This document shows positions 50,355 to 59,395 of a stretch of DNA of 64,000 bases, piece by piece; position 1 is the first letter of the stretch; each line of letters begins with the position of its first letter. The position numbers and the translations under genes are program-made. The DNA is from Acidobacteriota bacterium (lineage in GTDB: Bacteria > Acidobacteriota > UBA6911): positions 4,896,001 to 4,960,000 of the forward strand of contig OY761556.1 in NCBI GenBank assembly GCA_963664705.1. Direction: 5' to 3'. The notes beneath the pieces are model-generated. The model ran no database searches. It saw nothing but the letters and a program-made list of their open reading frames with translations, and was not told the DNA's origin.

Positions 50355-51143
50355 GTGAAGGCTGCCCAAATTTCAAACAAACCGATGAACAAAACCGCTC
50401 ATTCAATTATTGTCGATCTCCGGATTCCCGGTCGGTGGTCGCATCCAGAGGACCTGATCAAGTGCCTGCCCCCCGGCTACAAGGTGATGCAGAAAGCGCT
50501 GATCCTGCCGGACGGTGCGAAGGTCGACCTGGGCTTCTTTCCGGCCGATGCAGTGTTCCCCGGAATCTTCCGTTCCACATGCCGGCAGCCGCCGACCGAC
50601 ACAGAACTGGCCACGGTAGAAAGCTACACGGTCAACGTAACGATCAGCGGCGCCGGAGGATCCATGGAATCAGCCCGGACAATCATGCAGGCTGCAGCAG
50701 GGGTGGTGCGGGCCGGCGGAGCGGGTGTATTCATTGATAACAGCGCGCTGGCTCACGGCGGGGAACTCTGGCTCGAAATGACCGAAGACGGCGGCATAGA
50801 CGCCCTGAGTTTCGCGTTTGTCGGCATCGTCCGAGCCAAAGCCGACGTATGGACGGTTGGGATGCATGTATTGGGGCTGCGGGACATCGTGTTGAAGCGG
50901 GCAGATTTTGATAAGGGCTTTGATATCGTGGAGCTGATTCGCTATATGGTCCGCGGTGACAGGCCGGTAGAAAACGGCCATATCCTGGCGGACGCAAATG
51001 GCCCCTGGTTCACCTGTAATGTGGAGGACGGAGATTCAAGGATGATCGCTATTCCCATGCTCAATCCCTTTGGCCGCCTCCGTCTGTCAAAATTGCCGCA
51101 TAAGGCGGGCAGGAACCAGGAGGCACGCTGTGTGATCCACTAA
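50355..51143 (+). CDS. Hypothetical protein (DUF4261-like C-terminus)
   Basis: 262 aa; 'WTVGMHVLGLRDI', 'NPFGRLRL'. Confidence 0.55.
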   Translation: MKAAQISNKPMNKTAHSIIVDLRIPGRWSHPEDLIKCLPPGYKVMQKALILPDGAKVDLGFFPADAVFPGIFRSTCRQPPTDTELATVESYTVNVTISGAGGSMESARTIMQAAAGVVRAGGAGVFIDNSALAHGGELWLEMTEDGGIDALSFAFVGIVRAKADVWTVGMHVLGLRDIVLKRADFDKGFDIVELIRYMVRGDRPVENGHILADANGPWFTCNVEDGDSRMIAIPMLNPFGRLRLSKLPHKAGRNQEARCVIH

Positions 51144-51273
51144 TGAGGAACAGGTGACCAAACTGTTGCGCCGGGCATATCCCAAATGTGCTATAAGGGT
51201 CCGAGTATTTTAAGGCTTTGGAATCAACTATGCCTTCGATTATGCCGGGCTCCGGGACCGTAGAGGTATTGCT

Positions 51274-52245
51274 ATGAAAGCACCAAAAAATGGGAATCGG
51301 GAAGATATGCTAGCGCTACTGCGCATGATGATCCGGATCCGTACTTTTGAGGAGACAGCGGCCCGGCTCTTTCTGGATGGCAAGCTGATCGGCTTTCTCC
51401 ATCTGTACAGCGGGGAGGAAGCGATCGCCACCGGAGTCTGTGCCTGCCTGCGGGAGGACGATTGCATCACCAGCACTCACCGTGGGCATGGTCACTGCAT
51501 TGCCAAGGGCGCGGATGTCAATCGAATGATGGCGGAGCTGCATGGCAGGGTGACAGGATATTGCAAGGGCAAGGGTGGCTCCATGCACATTGCCGACATC
51601 TCAAAAGGAATTATCGGCGCCAACGGAATTGTGGGAGCAGGCATCCCCATTGCCGTGGGCACGGCCTATGCTCAGAAATATAGAAACCAGAATGCCGTTT
51701 CTGTCGCTTTTTTTGGCGATGGAGCCACAAACCGCGGGACCTTCCATGAGTCGCTGAATATGGCTGCAGCGTTGAATTTGCCGGTTGTCTTCGTGTGTGA
51801 GAACAACCAGTTCGGCATGTCCACACCCTTTGCCTATCATTCCAAGAACAAAACCATTTCGCAGCGCGCTGCCGCCTATGACATGCCGGGAGTACAGGTG
51901 GATGGCAACGACCCGGTAGCAGTGCGCGAAGCCGCAGCTCCTGCGGTTGCCCGGGCCCGCGAAGGCGGGGGCCCAACCCTGATCGAGTGCCTGACCTGGC
52001 GACATTACGGACACTTTGTGGGCGATTCAGCTCCGTACAAAAAACCAGAGGATGAAAAGGAATGGCGTGCCAAAGACCCGATTCCCATTTTTGAGAAGCG
52101 CCTGTTGGAAAATTGCATTGCGGACGCTTCTGAAATCAAAAGGATTTGGGCTGAAGCCGAAGAGGAAATTCGAGCGGCGGTGAAATTTGCCGAAGAGAGT
52201 CCCTTTCCCAAGGTTGAAGTAATGTACGAAGACCTGGTCTTTTGA
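51274..52245 (+). CDS. acoA: TPP-dependent acetoin/pyruvate dehydrogenase E1 alpha subunit
   Basis: 'THRGHGH', 'GKGGSMH', TPP motif 'GDGA...ENN'; substrate (acetoin vs pyruvate) uncertain. Confidence 0.85.
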   Translation: MKAPKNGNREDMLALLRMMIRIRTFEETAARLFLDGKLIGFLHLYSGEEAIATGVCACLREDDCITSTHRGHGHCIAKGADVNRMMAELHGRVTGYCKGKGGSMHIADISKGIIGANGIVGAGIPIAVGTAYAQKYRNQNAVSVAFFGDGATNRGTFHESLNMAAALNLPVVFVCENNQFGMSTPFAYHSKNKTISQRAAAYDMPGVQVDGNDPVAVREAAAPAVARAREGGGPTLIECLTWRHYGHFVGDSAPYKKPEDEKEWRAKDPIPIFEKRLLENCIADASEIKRIWAEAEEEIRAAVKFAEESPFPKVEVMYEDLVF

Positions 52246-52273
52246 TCCGCTGAACACAGGAAGGAGCTACATA

Positions 52274-53248
52274 GTGGCAAGGATACTGACCTATACACAA
52301 GCCATTCGGGAGGCGCAGGACATTGAAATGGCTCGCGATCCCAACGTCTTTATCTGTGGCGAAGATGTAGGCGCTTTTGGCAGCGCCTTCGGACAGACGG
52401 CGGGTCTGCAGAAAAAGTACGGTCCCATGCGGGTACTGGATACGCCCCTGAGCGAGACGGCGATCACCAGCCTTGGTGTCGGCGCTGCCGCCGTGGGCCT
52501 GCGCCCTATCGTAGTCCACGATTTCATGGACTTCATGGGCGTCTGCATGGACGAAATCCTCAACCAGGTTTCCAAACTGGCCTGGATGGTTGCGGGCCAG
52601 ACAAAGCTGTCCATGGTCATACGAGCTCAGGCGGGCGCCGGCATCAACGCCGCGGCTCAACACTCGCAAAGTCTCGAATCATTTTTCACGCACATGCCGG
52701 GCATCAAAGTCGTCGCTTCATCCAATCCTGCGGATATGAAGGGCCTTTTGGAATCAGCCATACGGGACGATAACCCCGTCCTCGTCATTGAAAACAAGAC
52801 CCTCCTGGGTATGGAGGGGGATGTCCCAGAAGGGGAATATCTTGTTCCCATCGGCAAAGCCAATGTGGCTCGCGAAGGCACGGATGTGACCATCGTGTCG
52901 TACGGCATGATGGTGAATAAATGCCTGAGCGCTGCGAAGACGCTGGCTTCCGAAGGCCTTAATGTGGAGGTCATCGATATCCGTAGTCTTATCCCTTTGG
53001 ATAAGGAAACCATTTTCCGCTCTCTGGCCAAGACCAATCGACTTGTAATCGTGCACGAGGCGATCGGCTGCACGGGCTATGGGGCCGAGATTTCCGCGAT
53101 TGTGGCCGAGGAGGCGCTTGATTATCTGGACGCCCCTATCGTGCGCGTCGCCGCGCCTTTTACCCATTGTCCGTTCTCTCCTACGCTGGAACAGGAATTC
53201 GTGCCGAACGAGGCGAAAATCATTCGTGCAGTCAAATCGTTGCTTTAG
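52274..53248 (+). CDS. acoB: Acetoin/pyruvate dehydrogenase E1 beta subunit
   Basis: 'GEDVG', 'DTPLSE', 'AAAQHSQSLE', 'LDYLDAPIVRV'. Confidence 0.85.
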   Translation: MARILTYTQAIREAQDIEMARDPNVFICGEDVGAFGSAFGQTAGLQKKYGPMRVLDTPLSETAITSLGVGAAAVGLRPIVVHDFMDFMGVCMDEILNQVSKLAWMVAGQTKLSMVIRAQAGAGINAAAQHSQSLESFFTHMPGIKVVASSNPADMKGLLESAIRDDNPVLVIENKTLLGMEGDVPEGEYLVPIGKANVAREGTDVTIVSYGMMVNKCLSAAKTLASEGLNVEVIDIRSLIPLDKETIFRSLAKTNRLVIVHEAIGCTGYGAEISAIVAEEALDYLDAPIVRVAAPFTHCPFSPTLEQEFVPNEAKIIRAVKSLL

Positions 53249-53292
53249 GTCTCAGACCGGCAGATGCAGAAAAGGATAAGGTAGGGATTGAT

Positions 53293-54504
53293 ATGGCTGT
53301 CGAAATATTAATGCCCAAACTCGGGTTAACCATGAAAACCGGTACCGTTCTCAAATGGTTGAAGGAGGAGGGCGATGAAGTTGCTGCGACCGAGCCCGTG
53401 CTCGAAATCGAAACGGAGAAACTCAGCCATCAGATTGAGAGTCCGGCGGACGGCGTCCTTTTAAAGAGAATCGCCATTGAAGGGGAGCGCTATCCCGTTG
53501 CCTTCGTCGTGGGCTATATCGGCCAGCCCGGTGAGCAGATCGCAGCCGGGGTTGCGGCGGATATTTCTATCGGAGCTGCGTCGCCAAATAGGGAAACCGC
53601 GCCGTTGCGTACCCAGGTCCCTAATGCCTCGCAAGGTGGGCGTGTCTTTATTTCTCCTGTGGCCAGAAAGCTGGCCGCTGATCTAGGTCTTGATTACCGA
53701 CAGATCCCGGGTACGGGCCCCAACGGACGCATCGTTAAGGCAGATGTTCAAAAATACGCGGACGCGCAGCAGGCGGCGCGCGCACCGATCGCTCACCCGG
53801 AGCCGGATGAGGCCGATACCGTGATCCCATGCAGCGGGATGCGATGTACCATCGGAACCAATATGCTCCAAGCCTGGACGACCATACCCATGGTCACGCA
53901 TCACGTTATGGCAGATGCAACTGCGCTGCTGGGCTATCGCGAGATGCTCAACCGCGGCGTTACGGATAAAGGTGACCAGGTATCTATCAACGATCTTCTC
54001 CTGAAGTTAACCGCAGTGGCACTGGAGAAAATACCCATCGTCAATTCCTCACTTGCGGGGAACAACATTGTCCTGCACAAGCGTGTACATCTTGGCATGG
54101 CCACGGCTTTGGATAATGGCTTGATCGTCCCGGTCATTCGGGATGCCAACCGGAAAAACCTGCTGGCGCTCAGCCGGGAGGCAAAAGATCTGGCTGCCCG
54201 GGCCAGGAAAGGGAGCCTTGGTCTGGATGAAATTCAGGGCGCGACCTTCACCGTTTCCAATCTGGGCGGCTACGGGTCGGTCGATCTCTTTACTCCTATT
54301 ATCAACCCGCCGCAGGCCGGCATCCTCGGGATCGGTCGCATAATCGAAACCGCCGTGCCCGTGGAGGGGGAAGTTCGGATCCGGCCTCAAATCGGGCTTT
54401 CCTTCACCTACGATCACCGGATCATGGACGGCGCCGTTGCCGCTGAATTTATTCGCAAACTGATGCAACTTCTGGAAAATCCGGCACGCTCCGTGCTTCT
54501 GTAG
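53293..54504 (+). CDS. acoC: Dihydrolipoamide acyltransferase E2
   Basis: Lipoyl domain 'MPKLGLTM...IETEKL', PSBD 'SPVARKLA...GTGPNGRI', catalytic 'DHRIMDG'. Confidence 0.88.
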   Translation: MAVEILMPKLGLTMKTGTVLKWLKEEGDEVAATEPVLEIETEKLSHQIESPADGVLLKRIAIEGERYPVAFVVGYIGQPGEQIAAGVAADISIGAASPNRETAPLRTQVPNASQGGRVFISPVARKLAADLGLDYRQIPGTGPNGRIVKADVQKYADAQQAARAPIAHPEPDEADTVIPCSGMRCTIGTNMLQAWTTIPMVTHHVMADATALLGYREMLNRGVTDKGDQVSINDLLLKLTAVALEKIPIVNSSLAGNNIVLHKRVHLGMATALDNGLIVPVIRDANRKNLLALSREAKDLAARARKGSLGLDEIQGATFTVSNLGGYGSVDLFTPIINPPQAGILGIGRIIETAVPVEGEVRIRPQIGLSFTYDHRIMDGAVAAEFIRKLMQLLENPARSVLL

Positions 54505-54538
54505 ACCGGAAGCGCCGACACCAACTGCAGTAGAGGAC

Positions 54539-55528
54539 ATGCGATACATAGAAAGCCCCTCGACCGACCCGGCCTTCAACCTGGCGCTCGAGCAATATCT
54601 GTTTGATACCCTGTCCTGCAATGAAGAGTACTTCATGCTCTGGCAGAACAGGGATTCCGTCATCATTGGCCTGCACCAGAATACGGCAGAAGAGATAAAC
54701 CAGGCCTATATCACTCAACACCACATTCCCGTCATCCGGCGTCTGTCGGGCGGCGGTGCCGTATTTCACGATTTGGGCAATATCAATTACTCTTTTGTTA
54801 CCCCGGCTCCGGATATTGGCAAATTGGACTACAGGTTCTTTTGCCAACCCATTATCGAGGCTCTTGAGGACTTTGGCCTTCGCGCGGAAACCAGCGGTCG
54901 AAACGATATAACCATCGACGGCAAAAAGTTTTCCGGCAATGCCCGGTATCTGCGCGGCGGCCGCCTGATGCACCACGGCACGATCCTGTTTGACACCGAT
55001 TTGGAAAAAATGGCGGAGGCCCTGCGCGTGCCGGAGGACAAGATCTTTTCAAAAGGTATAAAGTCCGTTCGCGCTCGAGTAACCAACCTCCGAGGCTATT
55101 TGCCCCGCAATCTGACTGCGCTGGAATTTCTGGCATTTCTGCACACCAGCATAGCCGGAAAGAGGGACATGTCCGCCTATACCATGACCGGGCAGGATTG
55201 GGATGCCGTGGAAGCGCTGCGACTTCGACGCTATGTGAACTGGGAATGGAACTACGGTCAGTCGCCGGATTACCGTATCAAAAAGCGCCGGCGCCTGCCC
55301 GGCTTCGGAGATATCCGGGTCAGCATGCAGGTGGAAAACGGCAGAATTACAGCTTTCGCAACCGACGGAGATTATTTCGGCTCCAGGCCCTGCGCCGATA
55401 TAGCCGCCGCGTTGATCAACACCAGGCTGGAAGAGAAGGCTTTGCTGGAGGTATTGGCCACTGTTCCGCTGGAGGAATTCTACGAAGGGCTTTCCCGGAA
55501 TGAATTTATCCGCCTCCTTCTCGAATAA
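54539..55528 (+). CDS. lplA: Lipoate-protein ligase A
   Basis: 'FNLALEQY', 'RRLSGGGAVFHDLGN', 'GRNDI..DGKKFSGNA', 'HHGT', 'KSVRARV'. Confidence 0.92.
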   Translation: MRYIESPSTDPAFNLALEQYLFDTLSCNEEYFMLWQNRDSVIIGLHQNTAEEINQAYITQHHIPVIRRLSGGGAVFHDLGNINYSFVTPAPDIGKLDYRFFCQPIIEALEDFGLRAETSGRNDITIDGKKFSGNARYLRGGRLMHHGTILFDTDLEKMAEALRVPEDKIFSKGIKSVRARVTNLRGYLPRNLTALEFLAFLHTSIAGKRDMSAYTMTGQDWDAVEALRLRRYVNWEWNYGQSPDYRIKKRRRLPGFGDIRVSMQVENGRITAFATDGDYFGSRPCADIAAALINTRLEEKALLEVLATVPLEEFYEGLSRNEFIRLLLE

Positions 55529-55579
55529 TCAGTGCGTATGGAAATTCAGTACCGGTTTTGATTCACAGCCGCGTTCTTT

Positions 55580-55645
55580 CGCCCCTGCCGGGGCTCGTTT
55601 ATTCCGTGATCAAGAACCAGGGGTTCGCTTCGCTCACCCCTGGCT
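55580..55645. repeat. REP-like palindromic element (left part), target of the IS
   Basis: GCCCCTGCCGGGGC and CCAGGGG-N13-CCCCTGG hairpins ending ...CCCTGGCT; continues after the IS as ACTTTCTATCGGGCCTCCGGCCC. Confidence 0.6.
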
Positions 55646-55736
55646 GATATGGAGTGATCGGTCAAGTACAATCAATCCGTTCCTTGTTCGTTCATTTTGG
55701 TTTTCTTCGGTTCATAAATAAATCAGCCAGTAAAAA

Positions 55737-55919
55737 GAACAGGGGATCGAGTTGGCAACAGCGACGATAATCAATCTGATATTCGCGGGTCGATAAGCAC
55801 GCATGACAACTGATTCATCGGGAGCGGCCTCACTCTACTTCCGTGGATTCTGGTTTCCCATACCAACATAGCCAGGTCGAGGTTTCTCCTTTCGAAGCCT
55901 GGAACTCGATCTCCTGTTC
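55737..55919 (-). ncRNA. Putative bridge/seek RNA of the IS1111 element
   Basis: 16/17-bp closing stem (55903-55919 with 55737-55753); internal matches to the target (CCTGGCTA, AAGTAG) and the donor junction (ATATCAGA). Confidence 0.75.
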
Positions 55920-55991
55920 CGTTCACTAACCGAATGTTTCCGTTATTAATCCATTGAAGAACAAAATAGCTGCAAGAGCTGGTGCCTTATG

Positions 55992-57101
55992 TCATGCAAC
56001 ACGACCGATAGCCCAGATAAATCCTGCCAATTCTCGACTTACCGCAACCGCGATCTTTTGTCTTTCTTTCCCTCGGTTGAGCATGCGTCGGAATTTTTGA
56101 TTCAATCGCTTATCGCAACGTTGTGCAATCTCGATAACTTCTGCCGGCAAACACTCTCGTCGTTTCTTGAGAGTCTTGCCAGCTACTGAAGAATGACGGT
56201 AGTGCCAGGCGCTTTCGATCAGCACCCTACGTAGGTGGCTGTTTCCCGTTTTGGTTATCCTTCCCCGTCTTTCAAGTTCACCTGAGCTGCTTTCCGAAGG
56301 CACCACCCCAATAGCGGCCATAAACGAAGGCGCATCGACGAACCGTCTTAAATCGAGCGCTTCTGCGATAATCGTCATCGCCGTCAGAACCTGAACACCT
56401 TTTAGCGCCATCAAATAGCTGACTCGCTTTTGATAGTTCGGCTGTTTTGCAACTTCCTCGATTTTTCCCTGGAATGTTTTCAACCGCTCCGTCTGTTGCT
56501 CAAGCGCCTGTCGATATTCCTCCAGTACTGTTTGATCCCCATCATCCTCAAACACAAGGCTCTAAATCCACTTTAGGTGCCCAAGCGACCAGTTCTTGCC
56601 CTGCGGATATTTCAATCCACGTCGCATCAGAAACCGTGCTAATCGATGCCGTGCTCGCTGCTGGTCTTCCAATGCGTCTTCTCGCGCACGCACCAGATCT
56701 CGCAGACTTTCCTGTTCTTTTTGCGGGATCACAATACATGTTAGTTCTCCCGCTCGGTACAATTTGCCCAAGGCTTTCGCATCCAGCTTATCCGTTTTTA
56801 CTTTTTTCCCCGCTCGTCTCGGAGTCAACGAAGGGGCCGCAACCTCACAAGAAATCCCATGTTTGGCCAAATAGCGCTGCAAATAGTATCCATTAACGCC
56901 CGCTTCGTAGACGCACCGTACATCATCTTCAAATGCCCTTAGCTTTTTCGCTAACCGACCCAGCCCCGTACTGTCGTTTGATACAACAAGTTCTTCTCGA
57001 GGGTTACTTTCCTGCCCGCGAAAAATTGCGACGTTTATCTTTTTTGCTGAATCATCCATCCCTACCCAAGTGATACAATCTGCCATGATCGGTCTCCTCA
57101 T
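55992..57101 (-). pseudogene. IS110 transposase/recombinase interrupted by one in-frame TAG (56562-56564)
   Basis: DEDD domain 'VGMD...YEAG...KTDKLDA'; C-terminal 'SESSSG...ITKTGNSHLRRVLIESAW'; the two ORFs are in one frame: HLKWI*SLVFEDDG. Confidence 0.85.
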
Positions 57102-57411
57102 GTTTTATGGCTCTGCAGCTTCGTCACCACGACTTCAGCTGTAACCCACGATATTACATGCTAGAGACCGATCACTCCATTATGTCTACTTTCTATCGGG
57201 CCTCCGGCCCTTGCAAATCGCAGCCATTTCTGGGCGATTTTAGACGGGTCTGACTTTCTGAGGTTGCCTCCCCGGCTGAGGGACCTAAAACAGGCCACAT
57301 ATTTCGGATCGTGCCGCGACCGGGTCCTCTATTTATCAGCATTGCTGGAGTTCGCTTGGCATTTCTCCCAAATCGATAAAGTCAACGCATGCCCAGCGCC
57401 GAAGGCGCGCC

Positions 57412-57435
57412 AGAAAGTAGACATAATGGAGTGAT
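57412..57435 (+). mobile_element. Remnant second IS1111 left-end junction in an oppositely oriented REP-like element
   Basis: AGAAAGTAGACATAATGGAGTGAT is the exact reverse complement of 57171-57194; preceded by a GCGCCGAAGGCGC hairpin. Confidence 0.65.
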
Positions 57436-57492
57436 TCAGGACATCCACAGAGCCGCGGATGCCTCTAATGGACACAGGGGCAAAGGAGATGG

Positions 57493-59223
57493 TTACCTGT
57501 TTCTTTTCCGGTCCTTCTTTTTAACTTTCCTGGCTATCTTTTTTGCGTCTGGATGCATCTCTTCTCTGGCGTATTCCAGACGTGATATTTCCAATTGTCG
57601 TCCGGACACCCAGACTTTTTTCAGCATATTAAAAATATCTTTGGGCATTCCTTTCGGCAGGTCAACCGTGCTGTATTCGTCGTAGATTTTGATCTGGCCT
57701 ATGTGCTTATTGGACAAGCCCGCTTCATTTGCAATCGCGCCGACAATGTTGGCCGGTTTCACGCCATGAATATGTCCGACCTCAATGCAAAATCGTTCCA
57801 TTCCGGCTTCGACAGTGTCTCTTGGCGAGTTTCGCCTGGCGCGAGGCTTATTCTCGTGGGATTTGTCTTCGGAAGCCGGTTCATGTTTTCTGGGCTTGTC
57901 TGCCAGCAATAGGGGTTTGTCTCCCTGCAGCATTCTGGCCAGCGCAGCCGCGGTATCCAGTGGAGACACATCGTGGTCTCGGCAATACTGGTCGAGAAGA
58001 CTGGAAAAAAAATCGGTATCGCCGGCCGCCAGCGTATCGGTAATGGCCTGTTTGAAGCGGGCGATGCGCTGATTGTTGATTGCTTCTGTAGACGGCAGCT
58101 TCATCATATCGATTTTCTGGCGCGTTGCTTTCTCGATCGCCTTCAGCATGAACTTTTCACGGGGACCCACAAAAAGTATCGCATCTCCACTGCGGCCAGC
58201 CCGACCCGTGCGGCCCACGCGATGCACATAGGATTCCGCATCATAGGGAATGTCGTAATTGATCACATGGCTGATGCGGTCTACGTCAAGCCCGCGGGCG
58301 GCCACATCCGTCGCCACCAGTATGTCCACTTTGCCTGATTTCAGCTGAGCGATTGTCCGCTCGCGCGTATTTTGAGCAATATCGCCATTGAGCGGCGCAC
58401 AGGTATACCCTCTTGCCTCCAACTTCTCCGCCAGCTCGACGGTAGCTGTTTTTGTCCGCACGAAAATGATGATTCCCTCAAACGGCTCCGATTCAAGTAT
58501 TCGTGTCAATGCATCAAGCTTATGCATGCCATCAACCAGCCAGAACCGGTGCCGGATGGTGTCCGCCGTTATCGTGCGGACCTTGATCGTCACTTCAACC
58601 GGGTCCTTCAAATACTTCTGCGCGATACGCTTAATAGCCGAGGGAATCGTTGCGGAGAACAGCGTGATCTGCCGGTCCCCGGGGGTCTGCCCCAAAATCC
58701 ACTCCACGTCATCGATAAATCCCATGCGCAGCATTTCATCGGCCTCATCAAGCACAAGACACGTGAGGGCCTGCAGATTCAAAGTCCCGCGGCGCATGTG
58801 ATCCATGATACGGCCGGGTGTTCCCACAATAACGTGCACCCCTCGTCTGAGCTGCCTGAGCTGAACGTCGTAGCTCTGCCCGCCATAGACCGGCAGGACG
58901 TGAAATGCTTTCAGGTGAGAGGCATACCGTTGGAACGCCTCAGCCACCTGGATTGCCAATTCGCGCGTGGGAGTAAGCACCAGCACTTGCGGCTCAATTC
59001 TTTTCAGGTCGATGCGCGACAGCAGCGGCAAAGCAAATGCGGCGGTTTTGCCCGTACCGGTCTGCGCCTGCCCCAGAACATCCTTGCCCGAAAGCAAAAG
59101 CGGAATTATCTGCGACTGGATTGGAGTGGGTATTTCATAGCCCACGTCTCCAAGCGCCTTCAGCACAGGATTGATAAGGCCAAATTCCTGAAAACTCATT
59201 TGAGGCAGCGTCGCATCGGACAT
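57493..59223 (-). CDS. deaD: DEAD-box RNA helicase DeaD/CsdA
   Basis: Q motif, 'AQTGTGKT', 'PTRELA', 'DEADEM', 'SAT', 'HRVGRTGRAG', DbpA RNA-binding domain. Confidence 0.93.
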   Translation of the reverse strand: MSDATLPQMSFQEFGLINPVLKALGDVGYEIPTPIQSQIIPLLLSGKDVLGQAQTGTGKTAAFALPLLSRIDLKRIEPQVLVLTPTRELAIQVAEAFQRYASHLKAFHVLPVYGGQSYDVQLRQLRRGVHVIVGTPGRIMDHMRRGTLNLQALTCLVLDEADEMLRMGFIDDVEWILGQTPGDRQITLFSATIPSAIKRIAQKYLKDPVEVTIKVRTITADTIRHRFWLVDGMHKLDALTRILESEPFEGIIIFVRTKTATVELAEKLEARGYTCAPLNGDIAQNTRERTIAQLKSGKVDILVATDVAARGLDVDRISHVINYDIPYDAESYVHRVGRTGRAGRSGDAILFVGPREKFMLKAIEKATRQKIDMMKLPSTEAINNQRIARFKQAITDTLAAGDTDFFSSLLDQYCRDHDVSPLDTAAALARMLQGDKPLLLADKPRKHEPASEDKSHENKPRARRNSPRDTVEAGMERFCIEVGHIHGVKPANIVGAIANEAGLSNKHIGQIKIYDEYSTVDLPKGMPKDIFNMLKKVWVSGRQLEISRLEYAREEMHPDAKKIARKVKKKDRKRNR

Positions 59224-59395
59224 AAATACTCCCAGATCCCCAGCATAATTTTGCATTTTCGGGTAGCCCGAATCAATTTCAGCAAAGCAGCCCCTGGATC
59301 GCTTGCGAATACTCATCGCGGGGGTGGCGGCGCTGGATCGCTAGTCAATAGGGTGCTCTAAAGAAAACAAGTGGCGCCCACAATTCGGGCAATAG

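Larger units (their letters stand above)
55646..57187 (-). mobile_element. IS110-family (IS1111 subgroup) insertion sequence
   Basis: Perfect 15-bp sub-terminal IRs ATGGAGTGATCGGTC (55649-55663) / GACCGATCACTCCAT (57166-57180); CT core at both junctions; long non-coding region downstream of the transposase. Confidence 0.9.

Noticed and set aside
50066-50392. 108-aa minus-strand ORF between the HD gene and the hypothetical gene
   Set aside because: No recognisable motif, and it overlaps the next gene's start on the opposite strand.
58372-59361. Long antisense ORFs (also 31642..32604, 28837..29664, 32800..33651, 45214..46050)
   Set aside because: Antisense shadows of well-supported genes, with no recognisable motifs.
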